A DNA stretch of 24,727 nt from the IMG/VR virus record IMGVR_UViG_3300038393_001969, positions 1-24,727 of that record; one strand, given 5' to 3'. Shown here piece by piece: positions 1 to 8,088 of this stretch (positions are counted from its first letter, which is position 1; every line of letters starts with the position of its first letter). Source of the DNA: a virus (lineage: Duplodnaviria; Caudoviricetes). The position numbers were made by a program, and so were the translations under genes. Under the pieces are notes generated by a model. It saw nothing but the letters and a program-made list of their open reading frames with translations. It made no database searches and was not told the DNA's origin.

Positions 1-2
1 AT

Positions 3-509
3 CCCGAGATCGTCATTTCGTCGTCGTGGCGGTACATGGTTCACGGTGGAGCGATGAGCCTTGATGGCTTCGAGTATCTGCTGCGAACGCACCGCATCGC
101 GGCACGCCATCGGATTATCGGCATGACCTGCCAGGACGAGCACATAGACGGCCGGGGCATGCAAATTCGCCACTGGCTGAATGAGAATGGCGGGATACGT
201 CGGTATGTCGTGCTCGACGACATGGACCTTGGAATCAGCGAGCAAGGGCATCCGTTTGTGCAGACAGATGGGAGTCGGGGGCTGACGGCAGAGGATGCGG
301 ACAAGACGATTGCGATCTTGCTGGGATTTGCCGAGGCTGACGGTTGCCCGCACCCCCCTGAGGCTATCGTTGATGGGCCTCGTGTTCCCCTGCTCTACGG
401 TTCGTCGGCGTCGGTGCTCTGCATGGCATGTGGCTCGCATCGGCTGACGTTCAACCCGGCATGCAGGTGGGAGCCGGGGCCGCCGGATACCAGCAAGAGG
501 GAGGACTGA
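3..509 (+). CDS. HAD-superfamily 'Swiss Army Knife RNA repair'-like protein (HAD_SAK_2), 5'-truncated
   Basis: The frame is open from position 3 (PEIVISSSWRYM...). Motifs IVISSSWR, RG.QI..WL, YVVLDD and V.TD...GLT are typical of this family. The N-terminal DxD motif would lie upstream of the window. Confidence 0.8.
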   Translation, partial: PEIVISSSWRYMVHGGAMSLDGFEYLLRTHRIAARHRIIGMTCQDEHIDGRGMQIRHWLNENGGIRRYVVLDDMDLGISEQGHPFVQTDGSRGLTAEDADKTIAILLGFAEADGCPHPPEAIVDGPRVPLLYGSSASVLCMACGSHRLTFNPACRWEPGPPDTSKRED

Positions 510-512
510 CCC

Positions 513-1085
513 ATGCCGACCCCAACGCGCCGCCGCAAGCCCGAGCCGACGACCGAGGCCATGCCACCGATGACCGGCGATGTCTTCTGCGGGATCGACC
601 CTGGCCTCTCGGGCGGAATTGTGTTCATCTCTGCCGACCAGGAGTGGGGTTGTCCCGCACCGATCGTGAAGGACGCTAAGGGCCGGCGGCAGTTCGATCG
701 CGAGCGGATGGTGGCGCTGCTCAAGGCGACCCCCGTCACGTTCGCGGCGATCGAGCGTGTAGACGCCGCGCCGATGCAGCGGAGGCGGCAGGGGACGGCC
801 GGGATGTTCTCGTTCGGCAAGGGCTTCGGCCTGTGGATCGGTATCCTTGAAGCTCTGAGCATACCCTATGTGGAAGTGCCGCCCCGGACGTGGAAGAGAG
901 CAGTGCTCTCGGGCACCGCGAAGGATAAACAGGCGGCGATCGACTATGCCACGCGGTTCCGGCCTGGGGTGTGCCTGAAGCCGCCTCGGGCGAGGAAGCC
1001 GCATGACGGCGTGGCCGATGCTTGCTGTTTGGCAGAGTACGCGATGGGGGTTTGGCGGGTCCGAATGGCGACAAAAAACAACTAA
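513..1085 (+). CDS. RuvC-like Holliday junction resolvase (phage type)
   Basis: GIDPGLSGG (catalytic Asp), AIERV (Glu), MFSFGKGFG, V.P..WK and HDGVADA; GGAGG RBS upstream. Confidence 0.85.
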   Translation: MPTPTRRRKPEPTTEAMPPMTGDVFCGIDPGLSGGIVFISADQEWGCPAPIVKDAKGRRQFDRERMVALLKATPVTFAAIERVDAAPMQRRRQGTAGMFSFGKGFGLWIGILEALSIPYVEVPPRTWKRAVLSGTAKDKQAAIDYATRFRPGVCLKPPRARKPHDGVADACCLAEYAMGVWRVRMATKNN

Positions 1086-1097
1086 CTGGGAAACGAA

Positions 1098-1772
1098 ATG
1101 CATTACCGTCTCGAAGTTGTGATGCCACCGACCGAGGATCTCGAGACTGACCTCAGGGCCGTTCTTGAGGAGTTTGGTAGGAATGGCGAGGACGAGGATG
1201 GTGAGGACAACCGCCACGGGTTCTGGGATTTTTACGTGATTGGAGGCCGGTTTGCAGGCGCCAAACTTCTGGAATTGCTGGCCGGTGAGAAGTTCGACGA
1301 GTTTCGGGCAGAACTTCAAAACATGGACCTTACGGTTAGCGGTGTGCAATTCGGCAAGCCCTCCTTGGAGCCAGCCTGCCAGGCCGAGAAGGTGGATTCG
1401 ATGTGGAACAAGTTCTTTCCTGATTTAGCGATCAAGTCGTGCCCCTTGTTCGCTCATTCCAATGACCAATACAAGAATTCGTCGAGATACCCCGATGTCA
1501 TGCTGCTGTCCGATGTCCCCGACAATTGCACCTCGGAGCGGGTGCTAGTGGCCGGTCCCCGGTGGGGTAACCCCGGTAAACGCGAGGCCAAGTACATGCT
1601 CCAGAGGTATTTCTGGAACGGTGCGAATTATCAAAAAACTGCATGGGACGGCACGCTCAAAAGCGCCCTTGAAAAATACAGCAAACGCTTGGACCGCATG
1701 AACCCAGAGCATGCCGCAAAGATTCGTCCCCAACCCGATTGGCTGGTCGTCACCGTGGACTATCACAGCTAG
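1098..1772 (+). CDS. Hypothetical phage protein (WDFY.IGGRF ... LV.VDYHS)
   Basis: 224-aa ORF in the operon, visibly less GC-rich than its neighbours. The WD.Y.IGGR and terminal VD.H pattern resembles uncharacterised phage proteins. Confidence 0.7.
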   Translation: MHYRLEVVMPPTEDLETDLRAVLEEFGRNGEDEDGEDNRHGFWDFYVIGGRFAGAKLLELLAGEKFDEFRAELQNMDLTVSGVQFGKPSLEPACQAEKVDSMWNKFFPDLAIKSCPLFAHSNDQYKNSSRYPDVMLLSDVPDNCTSERVLVAGPRWGNPGKREAKYMLQRYFWNGANYQKTAWDGTLKSALEKYSKRLDRMNPEHAAKIRPQPDWLVVTVDYHS

Positions 1773-1832
1773 CAAAAAAAATAGCCGTAATCCCCCGCCC
1801 TTCAGGGCTGGGGATATAAGGCGTGAATGGGG

Positions 1833-1861
1833 TTGATCTGTGAACGTCTAACCACTATAAT
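1833..1861 (+). promoter_or_regulatory. Sigma70-type promoter of tnpB (probably leaderless mRNA)
   Basis: TTGATC (1833-1838), 17-nt spacer, TATAAT (1856-1861). The ATG lies 6 nt downstream and there is no RBS. Confidence 0.7.
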
Positions 1862-1867
1862 ATCAGT

Positions 1868-3040
1868 ATGGCCAAACATCGCAAGGTCTACCGCTTCCGC
1901 ATGAAGCCTACCGCCGAGCAAGGGCATGCTCTGGCTCGGTTGGCCGACGCACGCCGCTTCATCTGGAATTGGGGTCTTGCGAGGAAGCGGGAGCACTACA
2001 AGGCGACAGCGAAGACGCTTCGCTACGTCGAACTCAACCGCGAGTTGACGGAACTGAAGCGTCAGGCCGGGATGGAGTGGCTTCGGGAGGCCGACTCCCA
2101 GTCGCTTCAAGAGGCTCTTCGCGATCTTGACAGGGCGTTCGTGAACTTCTTCGAGAAGCGTGCCCGGTTCCCCCGGTTCAAGAGCAAGAAGCGGGACAAG
2201 GCTCGATTCCGCATCCCCCAGCGAGTCAAGATCGATAACGGCAAGGTCTACTGCCCCAAGGTCGGTTGGGTCCGCATCCGCCAGAGCCAAGAGGTTGCCG
2301 AGAAGACCAAGAGCGCCACGTTCCGACGCTCGGCTGATGGCAAGTGGTACGTCTCTCTGGTTGTTGAGTTCGAGATGCCCGAGGTCGTGCCGGTCATTGA
2401 TCCCGCCAAGGTCGTCGGCATCGACTTGGGCCTGATCGACTACGCCACGCTCAGCGACGGATCTAAGCCGGTTCCCGCCCCGAAGTTCTACCGCAAGGCT
2501 CAACGGAAGCTCCGCAAGGCGCAACGTGTGCTTTCCCGCCGGCAGAAAGGGTCGAAGCGGAAGGCCAAGGCTCGCGTTGCCGTGGCCAAGGTCCACCAAC
2601 GAATCGCCAACCAGAGAGGAGACTTCCTCCACAAGTTGACCACGCGCCTCGTTGCCGAGAACGATGCCATCTGCATCGAAGACCTGTCGCTCCGTGGGCT
2701 GGTGAGAACCAAACTGGCCAAGAGCTTCACCGACGCTTCGATGGGCGAGTTCCGCCGGCAGTTGGAGTACAAGTGCCTTTGGAACACCAAGGCACTCGTG
2801 GCCGTCGATCGCTTCTTCCCCTCGTCCAAGATGTGCAACGCCTGCGGTGCCCTGAACAACGCACTGACGCTCTCGGATCGGGAGTGGGACTGCGATTGCG
2901 GGGCACATCATAAGCGGGACTTCCTCGCGGCCTGCAACATTCGGGACGAGGGACTCAGGATGCTCGCCGAGGGATACTCGGAGAGCCTAAACGCTCAGGG
3001 ACAGACCGTAAGACCGGCGACAGTCGGCTCGTCTGGTTGA
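1868..3040 (+). CDS. tnpB: RNA-guided endonuclease TnpB
   Basis: N-terminal YRFRMKPT..Q and RFIWN helix; RuvC-I GIDLG, RuvC-II IEDL, Zn ribbon CNAC...CDCG and RuvC-III RDFLAACNI. The catalytic D/E/D residues appear intact. Confidence 0.95.
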   Translation: MAKHRKVYRFRMKPTAEQGHALARLADARRFIWNWGLARKREHYKATAKTLRYVELNRELTELKRQAGMEWLREADSQSLQEALRDLDRAFVNFFEKRARFPRFKSKKRDKARFRIPQRVKIDNGKVYCPKVGWVRIRQSQEVAEKTKSATFRRSADGKWYVSLVVEFEMPEVVPVIDPAKVVGIDLGLIDYATLSDGSKPVPAPKFYRKAQRKLRKAQRVLSRRQKGSKRKAKARVAVAKVHQRIANQRGDFLHKLTTRLVAENDAICIEDLSLRGLVRTKLAKSFTDASMGEFRRQLEYKCLWNTKALVAVDRFFPSSKMCNACGALNNALTLSDREWDCDCGAHHKRDFLAACNIRDEGLRMLAEGYSESLNAQGQTVRPATVGSSG

Positions 3041-3098
3041 ACTGAGAATCCCCCGCCTTTAGGCGTGGGGAGTGTCAAGAACTGCTGCCGTGATCTCT
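2930..3098 (+). ncRNA. Putative TnpB omega/reRNA (scaffold overlapping the tnpB 3' end and right end; guide about 3079-3098)
   Basis: Inferred from established TnpB biology: the scaffold ends at the right-end TCAA and the flanking bases form the guide. The 5' boundary is a guess. Confidence 0.5.
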
Positions 3099-3296
3099 TG
3101 CCCTCGCATCGGACAGCGCGTCCAGATCTGGTATCGTAAGCAGGCGGTCCCGCATCGCCCGCTCCACGGCCTGACCGGGACGGTGGCAGTGACATCGCGA
3201 GGAAAGCCGAGAAATCACGGCGTCATCGTCGCCGGGACGTTGCATGTCGTCCCGGCGGGGAATCTACGAAGAATCGAGGGCGAGCTATGCGTCTGA
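3090..3296 (+). CDS. Small hypothetical protein (SH3/KOW-like beta-rich)
   Basis: GTG at 3090 is the first start outside the IS (VISCPRIGQRVQIWY...G.TGTV...VVPAGNL). It overlaps the next gene. Confidence 0.55.
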   Translation: MISCPRIGQRVQIWYRKQAVPHRPLHGLTGTVAVTSRGKPRNHGVIVAGTLHVVPAGNLRRIEGELCV

Positions 3297-3784
3297 TCTC
3301 CACCATCGACCCCGACTCGCCGATGCCCCTCGCCGGGGCGGTCGTTGATCGTAGGGTCCAAGCCTACTTCGACGGCCCGATCGACCACACGCAGACAGAC
3401 GAGCGCATCCGCAAGGCGATCAACTACGAGCGGGCAAAGTGGTGGTTGCCCGTGCTCGAGTCGCACCCGGCGCTGGCCCAGGCCGCACAGGCACAGGCCG
3501 ACCACTGCGCCGCGCGGGATACGCTTGACCACTTCTCGGCGTGGCCGTTCACGAAATGGGCCGAGCGGTGCGCCCGCGCGGGATATCCCGGGGCTTCGCT
3601 CATGACCATCGGCGAGAACGTGGCCGGTTGGCAGGTCAGCGCCGAGCAAGCTGTCAAGGATTGGATGTCGTCGCCAGGACATCGGCAATCAATCTTGGGC
3701 ACATGGCAACATTGTGGGTCAGCATCGGCTACGGCGGCAAGCGGGCGGTCGTACTGGGTAGTTGATTTTGGGAGGCTGGCGTGA
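3287..3784 (+). CDS. CAP/SCP (cysteine-rich secretory protein, YkwD-like) domain protein
   Basis: IN.ER, L..AAQ.QA, GENVA, AV..WM.SPGHR..IL and YWV..FG motifs. Confidence 0.9.
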   Translation: MRLISTIDPDSPMPLAGAVVDRRVQAYFDGPIDHTQTDERIRKAINYERAKWWLPVLESHPALAQAAQAQADHCAARDTLDHFSAWPFTKWAERCARAGYPGASLMTIGENVAGWQVSAEQAVKDWMSSPGHRQSILGTWQHCGSASATAASGRSYWVVDFGRLA

Positions 3785-4161
3785 TTTGCATTAAGATGCT
3801 CAAGGCTGTAGGCGATTACCCTGAGGGCGCCATAGTGTTCATCGAGGATCGCGTCGGGCGTCGGTATATCTCGGCGAAATTCGCAGAAGAATACCGTGAA
3901 CTGACCATCAATGACCCCATCCTCCACCCGATCCTCGCCGAAGCCGAAAAACTGCGCGACGACCCGCGCCACACCGGCAAGTCGCCTCTGGGGTGGACGG
4001 CGATGCTCAACGACGCGAGCGAACGGATCTACCAGTTTACGGCGGCGGCCGACCCGGAGGACCAGGCGCGGAACCTGGCGGAGATCCGCGCGACGGCGGT
4101 GAGGGCGGCGGCCTTGGGGGTGCTGGTCGCGAGGCTGGCGGATCAGGGGAGGCGGTCGTGA
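3781..4161 (+). CDS. Hypothetical protein
   Basis: 126-aa ORF coupled by GTGA overlaps on both sides; helical C-terminal half. Confidence 0.6.
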   Translation: MICIKMLKAVGDYPEGAIVFIEDRVGRRYISAKFAEEYRELTINDPILHPILAEAEKLRDDPRHTGKSPLGWTAMLNDASERIYQFTAAADPEDQARNLAEIRATAVRAAALGVLVARLADQGRRS

Positions 4162-5069
4162 CGGCACCACAACTCCTCGCCCTGGCCCACGGGATCGCCT
4201 CTGTCGGCGAGCACCGCTGTTTCTACTGCGGCGCTCCCTGCGGCGAGGAGCATCCGGCCTCGGAGCACGTCAAAAGCTCGTTTACCGGCCGGTCGGGGGT
4301 GGTGGCCCCGGGGAGTCCGTGGGTCTGTCCTGGGTGCGTGCTCTGCCTCCGCGAGTCCGCAGAGATTACGCTGATCGACGGGGAGATTCGCCGGGGGCAG
4401 AAGGTCCGGGGCTACTCGTGGGTCGTCACGGCAAACTCAGCCCTGGCGGCCACGAAGGCGCACCTCGAGCAACTGCGGGCGCTCTGCCTCGACCCGCCCG
4501 AGCCGCCGTTCGCGATCGTGCTCACGGACTCGGGCCAGACCCACCAGCTCTACCGCGGGACCGTCAACCACTCCCGCGAGGTCGTCACCGTGACGCTCGA
4601 GGCCGAGCCGGTCACCTACCGCGCCGGCCAGCGCGTCTTCTACCGCCCCGACGAGCTGGCCCCCCGGCTCGACCTCTGCGGTCGGCTGATCGCCGCCACG
4701 GGCAAGCCGGCGCTGCGGGAGCCGATCACGCAACGGTTCGCCCTCGCGGTGATGGAGCGCTACTGTGACGGCGAGGCCCTTTTGAACCTCTGGACCCGCG
4801 TGCGGGAGCAGCCGCTCTCGCGGCTGGCAGCCTGGATTTCCCCTGCCAAGGAGACCTGCCTGAATGTCTACCCAAGCGACTTCGCCCCCCGGGAACGTTT
4901 CGACCCCGCTCCCGCCGCTACCGACGATCGACACGGAAGGGCTCCGGCGCGTGATGGCCGGGTTTGCCAGCCCGCATCCGGCCGGCGCGGCGGAAACCGC
5001 CGGCGAAACGGCGACGATCCGGAATCTCAGCAGCGATCTCTGTTTGGTGATGGCCAAGCACTTCGGTAA
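4158..5069 (+). CDS. csf1: Type IV CRISPR-associated large subunit Csf1 (Cas8-like)
   Basis: GTG start overlapping the upstream TGA, with a GGGAGG RBS. Zn-finger CFYCG...SFT...S.WVCPGC, then PPEPPFAIV...SGQTH..Y...VN, as in Csf1. First gene of the csf cluster. Confidence 0.8.
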   Translation: MTAPQLLALAHGIASVGEHRCFYCGAPCGEEHPASEHVKSSFTGRSGVVAPGSPWVCPGCVLCLRESAEITLIDGEIRRGQKVRGYSWVVTANSALAATKAHLEQLRALCLDPPEPPFAIVLTDSGQTHQLYRGTVNHSREVVTVTLEAEPVTYRAGQRVFYRPDELAPRLDLCGRLIAATGKPALREPITQRFALAVMERYCDGEALLNLWTRVREQPLSRLAAWISPAKETCLNVYPSDFAPRERFDPAPAATDDRHGRAPARDGRVCQPASGRRGGNRRRNGDDPESQQRSLFGDGQALR

Positions 5070-5442
5070 GGAACTGGATCGCAAGACGCTGTGGGACAAG
5101 ATCGCGAGTGCGCTGGCGGCGGCGTGTGCCGAGACTCGCGGGGGCGACGTTGAGACCTTCCTCTGCTGCTGCCTCGAGCAGGTCAAGGCCAAGCCGGCAC
5201 AGGTCGCGCGGTTCGAACCGTACCTCCAGTTGTTTGCTACGGTCAGTACGTGGCCTGAGGCGATGCGGACGGCGTTCGTCGATTATATCGAGCGGCACCC
5301 GTTCGCAGTGTTGCCCCGGGGCCGGCAGCGGTGGGAGGAGTACAAGGCGCTCGCGCTCGCCACGCGCGGCTCGGGTGGCCGCGCGACGGACGGCGGGGAT
5401 GATGAGGCCGAGGAAATCCAGTCCTGGGGGGATGAAGGATGA
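4864..5442 (+). CDS. cas11: Putative Cas11-like small subunit of the type IV-B complex
   Basis: AAGGAG RBS; all-helical 192-aa protein (DRKTLWDKIASAL...) between csf1 and csf2, the usual position of Cas11 in IV-B loci. The call rests mainly on synteny. Confidence 0.6.
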   Translation: MSTQATSPPGNVSTPLPPLPTIDTEGLRRVMAGFASPHPAGAAETAGETATIRNLSSDLCLVMAKHFGKELDRKTLWDKIASALAAACAETRGGDVETFLCCCLEQVKAKPAQVARFEPYLQLFATVSTWPEAMRTAFVDYIERHPFAVLPRGRQRWEEYKALALATRGSGGRATDGGDDEAEEIQSWGDEG

Positions 5443-6509
5443 GCTCCGTCGGACCGCAGACGTACCGGGTCATCTGCTTGTCGCAGTGCCAGTCGCCGGT
5501 GACCCACATGGCACGGTCGGAGGGGAACCGCGCCGTCCTGATGTCCGAGAAGGTCGAGACGCCTCAGGGTGTCCGTCTGGTGCCCTGCCTGACGGGCAAC
5601 TCGCTGCGGCACCGCATGGTCCGCGCTCCGGGTGCGGACTGGCTCGTCCAGCAGTACGGGTTGCGGGAGCGGCTCAACCTGACGCAGTTGAATTTCCTCT
5701 TCCACGGTGGCTCGTTGACCGAGGGGGGCGGCCGGGAAGACACGCGCCGGATCGCCGACATGCAGCGGCTCCTGCCGCTCTCGCGGCTCCTGGGCGGCTG
5801 CCTGCCCGACCAGGTTTTCTCAGGTAGTCTGCTCGTGAGCATGGGGGTCCTGGTCTGTGAGGAGAACCGCTTCCGACTCGAGTATTATCTGGATTGCCCC
5901 GGCCAGGGCCTGCTCCCCGACCGGCTGCGCCCGGCCAACCATTTCGTGTCGGACTACCAGTACACGCGGGGGGACATGCGCAAGAACCGCGCGGCCCTGT
6001 TGAGCCAGGGGACGGGCGAGGACCTGGACCTCGCCGCGCTGCGGACCGAACTCGGCGCGATCAAGGCCGCCAAGAAGCCGACAAAGGCCCAGACCGAGCG
6101 GAAGGCCGAGATCCAGGGGATCCTCCGGGAATGGGAGCACCTGGAGTCGGAGGAGTCCGGGACCAACCTCATGATCTTCTCGGGTGAAGCTCTGGTGGCC
6201 GGCACGGCGCTCGTCCACGACTTCATCCTGCCGGGCGCGAGCCGGCTGGAACTCGGCGCCCTGCTTTGGTCGCTCGTGTGCTGGGCACGCTCCGGAGGGG
6301 CCATCGGCGGCCAGGCAGCCCGCGGACACGGGCGGCTGCGCACGCAACTGGTCGGGGACGTCGACCAGTCGTGCATCGAGGAGTACCTCGCCTACGCCGA
6401 CGCGGTCCGTGTCGAGGCTGTGGCCTGGCTCGACGCGGCGTTCCGGCGGTCGCCGGCCGCGGTAGCGTCGGCCGAGAAACGTGCCCGCGTCGCGGCACGG
6501 GGGGCATGA
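5439..6509 (+). CDS. csf2: Type IV CRISPR backbone subunit Csf2 (Cas7, RAMP)
   Basis: SPVTH, VP.LTGNSLRH.MVR, LFHGGSL, P..RLLGG, YTR.D, MIF..E.L..GT and the C-terminal Gly-rich loop IGGQAARGHGRL. Confidence 0.9.
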   Translation: MSSVGPQTYRVICLSQCQSPVTHMARSEGNRAVLMSEKVETPQGVRLVPCLTGNSLRHRMVRAPGADWLVQQYGLRERLNLTQLNFLFHGGSLTEGGGREDTRRIADMQRLLPLSRLLGGCLPDQVFSGSLLVSMGVLVCEENRFRLEYYLDCPGQGLLPDRLRPANHFVSDYQYTRGDMRKNRAALLSQGTGEDLDLAALRTELGAIKAAKKPTKAQTERKAEIQGILREWEHLESEESGTNLMIFSGEALVAGTALVHDFILPGASRLELGALLWSLVCWARSGGAIGGQAARGHGRLRTQLVGDVDQSCIEEYLAYADAVRVEAVAWLDAAFRRSPAAVASAEKRARVAARGA

Positions 6510-7318
6510 CCGTGGCCGAGGTCAAGGCAACGGATCGTCCCCGCCCGCTCCTGGTCCGGGCGCTGCTGGTGGAGCCCTACGCGGGCGATCCGCCGCAGCT
6601 CGACGCGCTCCTGGAGGCGACGCTGGCCCCCGAGTATCAGAAGACGGTCGAGGGGCGCAAGATCGAGCGCCAGTTCGCAGCGCCACCGCAGGGGGAACTG
6701 GCCATCCCCCTGGCGCGGTGCTGGGTCGTCGTCGCGCCGAACGGCAAGGCTGTCACGGCAAACCATGTCCGCGGCGAGACCGCGCCGGCGGGGACCTTCA
6801 CGCCTGACGCCCACGCGTACCTTGTCGGCTGCTGCTCCGATCCGATCGTGGGCGAGCCGGTGGCCGAGTCGGTTGCATACATCAACAAGCGGATCGACGT
6901 CAGCCGGGCGGCGATGCTCGCGCCGGAGTCCCGGGTCGTCGTCGCGATGACGAACTCGTGGACCAAGGCGTACCGCTTGCCGCTCACGCAGCGCCTGGTT
7001 CACGAGGTGCGGTGGCTAGCACTCGGGCGGCGGCGGCCGTTGCTCAGGACGCTGGAGCGGGTCCATTCGATCGGCAAGAAGCGGTCGGTCGGCAACGGCC
7101 GGGTCCGGCAATGGCTCGTGGAGCACCTCCCCGACGCCCGGGTCCACCGGCTCTGGCCCTGGTGGGTCGAGACCGAGCACGGGCCGCTCCTCATGCGGAC
7201 GCTCCCATCCGGCTCCTGGCTCCCCGAGGGCCTGATCGGCGCGCGGCGGGACTTCCGGTCGTGCTGTCCCCCCTACTGGCACCCCGAGCGGTACACGGAG
7301 GTCGTGGTCCCATGTTGA
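6506..7318 (+). CDS. csf3: Type IV CRISPR subunit Csf3 (Cas5, RAMP)
   Basis: ATGA overlap with csf2. LDALL, IPL, KAYRLPL, Gly-loop IGKKRSVGNGRV..W and C-terminal PPYW motifs. Confidence 0.85.
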   Translation: MTVAEVKATDRPRPLLVRALLVEPYAGDPPQLDALLEATLAPEYQKTVEGRKIERQFAAPPQGELAIPLARCWVVVAPNGKAVTANHVRGETAPAGTFTPDAHAYLVGCCSDPIVGEPVAESVAYINKRIDVSRAAMLAPESRVVVAMTNSWTKAYRLPLTQRLVHEVRWLALGRRRPLLRTLERVHSIGKKRSVGNGRVRQWLVEHLPDARVHRLWPWWVETEHGPLLMRTLPSGSWLPEGLIGARRDFRSCCPPYWHPERYTEVVVPC

Positions 7319-8088
7319 CGCCGATTCACGAGGACGATGCTCGACTCGGTCGACTCCTGCGGCTGCATATGCAAGGGTTATCCCAGCGAGACGTGGCCGA
7401 GCAACTGGAGGTCTCACAGCGGGCAGTCTGCTACACGCTCAAGCGGCTGAGGATCGCCCCCAACGGCTACCACACGCGCACCTCCCGGGCCAAGCGGGCG
7501 CGGGCGTCGCGCGACGTGGCCCGCCAGCGCCGCGCCACCGCACCGTTCGATCTAGCCTGGGAGGCCGAGTGGCCGCTCGCCGCCGGGTCGATCGGCCCAC
7601 GCATGGGCTACCACGCCTTCGCCGCGCTGTCCCGGCTCGGCCTGGTGGCGCACGCCGAGCCGGGGGTGCAGTTGCTCCCGTTGGAGGACCGGCTGATCTT
7701 CCGGGCCTCCGAGGATCGCGTCACGGGGATGGTGTCGCGACTGATCGAGGGGACCGTCCTCCGGATCGGTTATGGGACTTGCCGGCTTGGGTCGCCGGTC
7801 GTGCGGATGCCGGCGGCGCGGTCCCGGCTCGAGTCGTGGTGCGTCACGGTCAAAGACAAGCGGGACCCCGAGGCGATGCGCCAGTGGTGCCAGCGAGAGC
7901 TGCGCCGGCTGGGGATCGACGCACGGCTCGAGGTTGGCGCGCGGCGTGTGGTCAAAATCAAGGGCCGGCTGATCGTGGGCTACGCTGTCCGCCTCTCCCG
8001 CCTGCACCCGCGGGAGGCCCTGCGGCTCCTGGCGGTGGGGCTGGGGGGTCGGCGACGGTTTGGGTGCGGGGTATTTGTTGTATGCTGA
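7312..8088 (+). CDS. cas6: Fusion of an N-terminal helix-turn-helix with a Cas6 (I-MYXAN/Cmx6-like) endoribonuclease
   Basis: The N-terminal GLSQRDVAEQLEVSQRAVCYTL is an HTH. The Cas6 part has GY..FAALSR, RRVVKIKG..IVGY.V.L..L...E.L.L...GLGGRRRFGCGVF, the C-terminal GhGxxxxxGhG loop of Cas6. GGAGG RBS upstream. Confidence 0.8.
   Translation: MLTPIHEDDARLGRLLRLHMQGLSQRDVAEQLEVSQRAVCYTLKRLRIAPNGYHTRTSRAKRARASRDVARQRRATAPFDLAWEAEWPLAAGSIGPRMGYHAFAALSRLGLVAHAEPGVQLLPLEDRLIFRASEDRVTGMVSRLIEGTVLRIGYGTCRLGSPVVRMPAARSRLESWCVTVKDKRDPEAMRQWCQRELRRLGIDARLEVGARRVVKIKGRLIVGYAVRLSRLHPREALRLLAVGLGGRRRFGCGVFVVC

Larger units (their letters stand above)
1773..3078 (+). mobile_element. IS200/IS605-family, tnpB-only (IS1341-like) non-autonomous insertion sequence
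   Basis: Left subterminal hairpin aatcccccgcccttcagggctgggga at about 1789-1814. Near-identical right hairpin gaatcccccgcctttaggcgtgggga at 3046-3071, ending in TCAA (3075-3078). It encloses tnpB only, with no tnpA. The left boundary is approximate. Confidence 0.85.

Noticed and set aside
1802-2911. 369-aa minus-strand ORF
   Set aside because: Antisense shadow of tnpB, with no independent motifs.
4611-4650. Degenerate 24-nt duplication in csf1 (VTYRA / VFYRP)
   Set aside because: A short in-frame duplication with no evidence of separate function.
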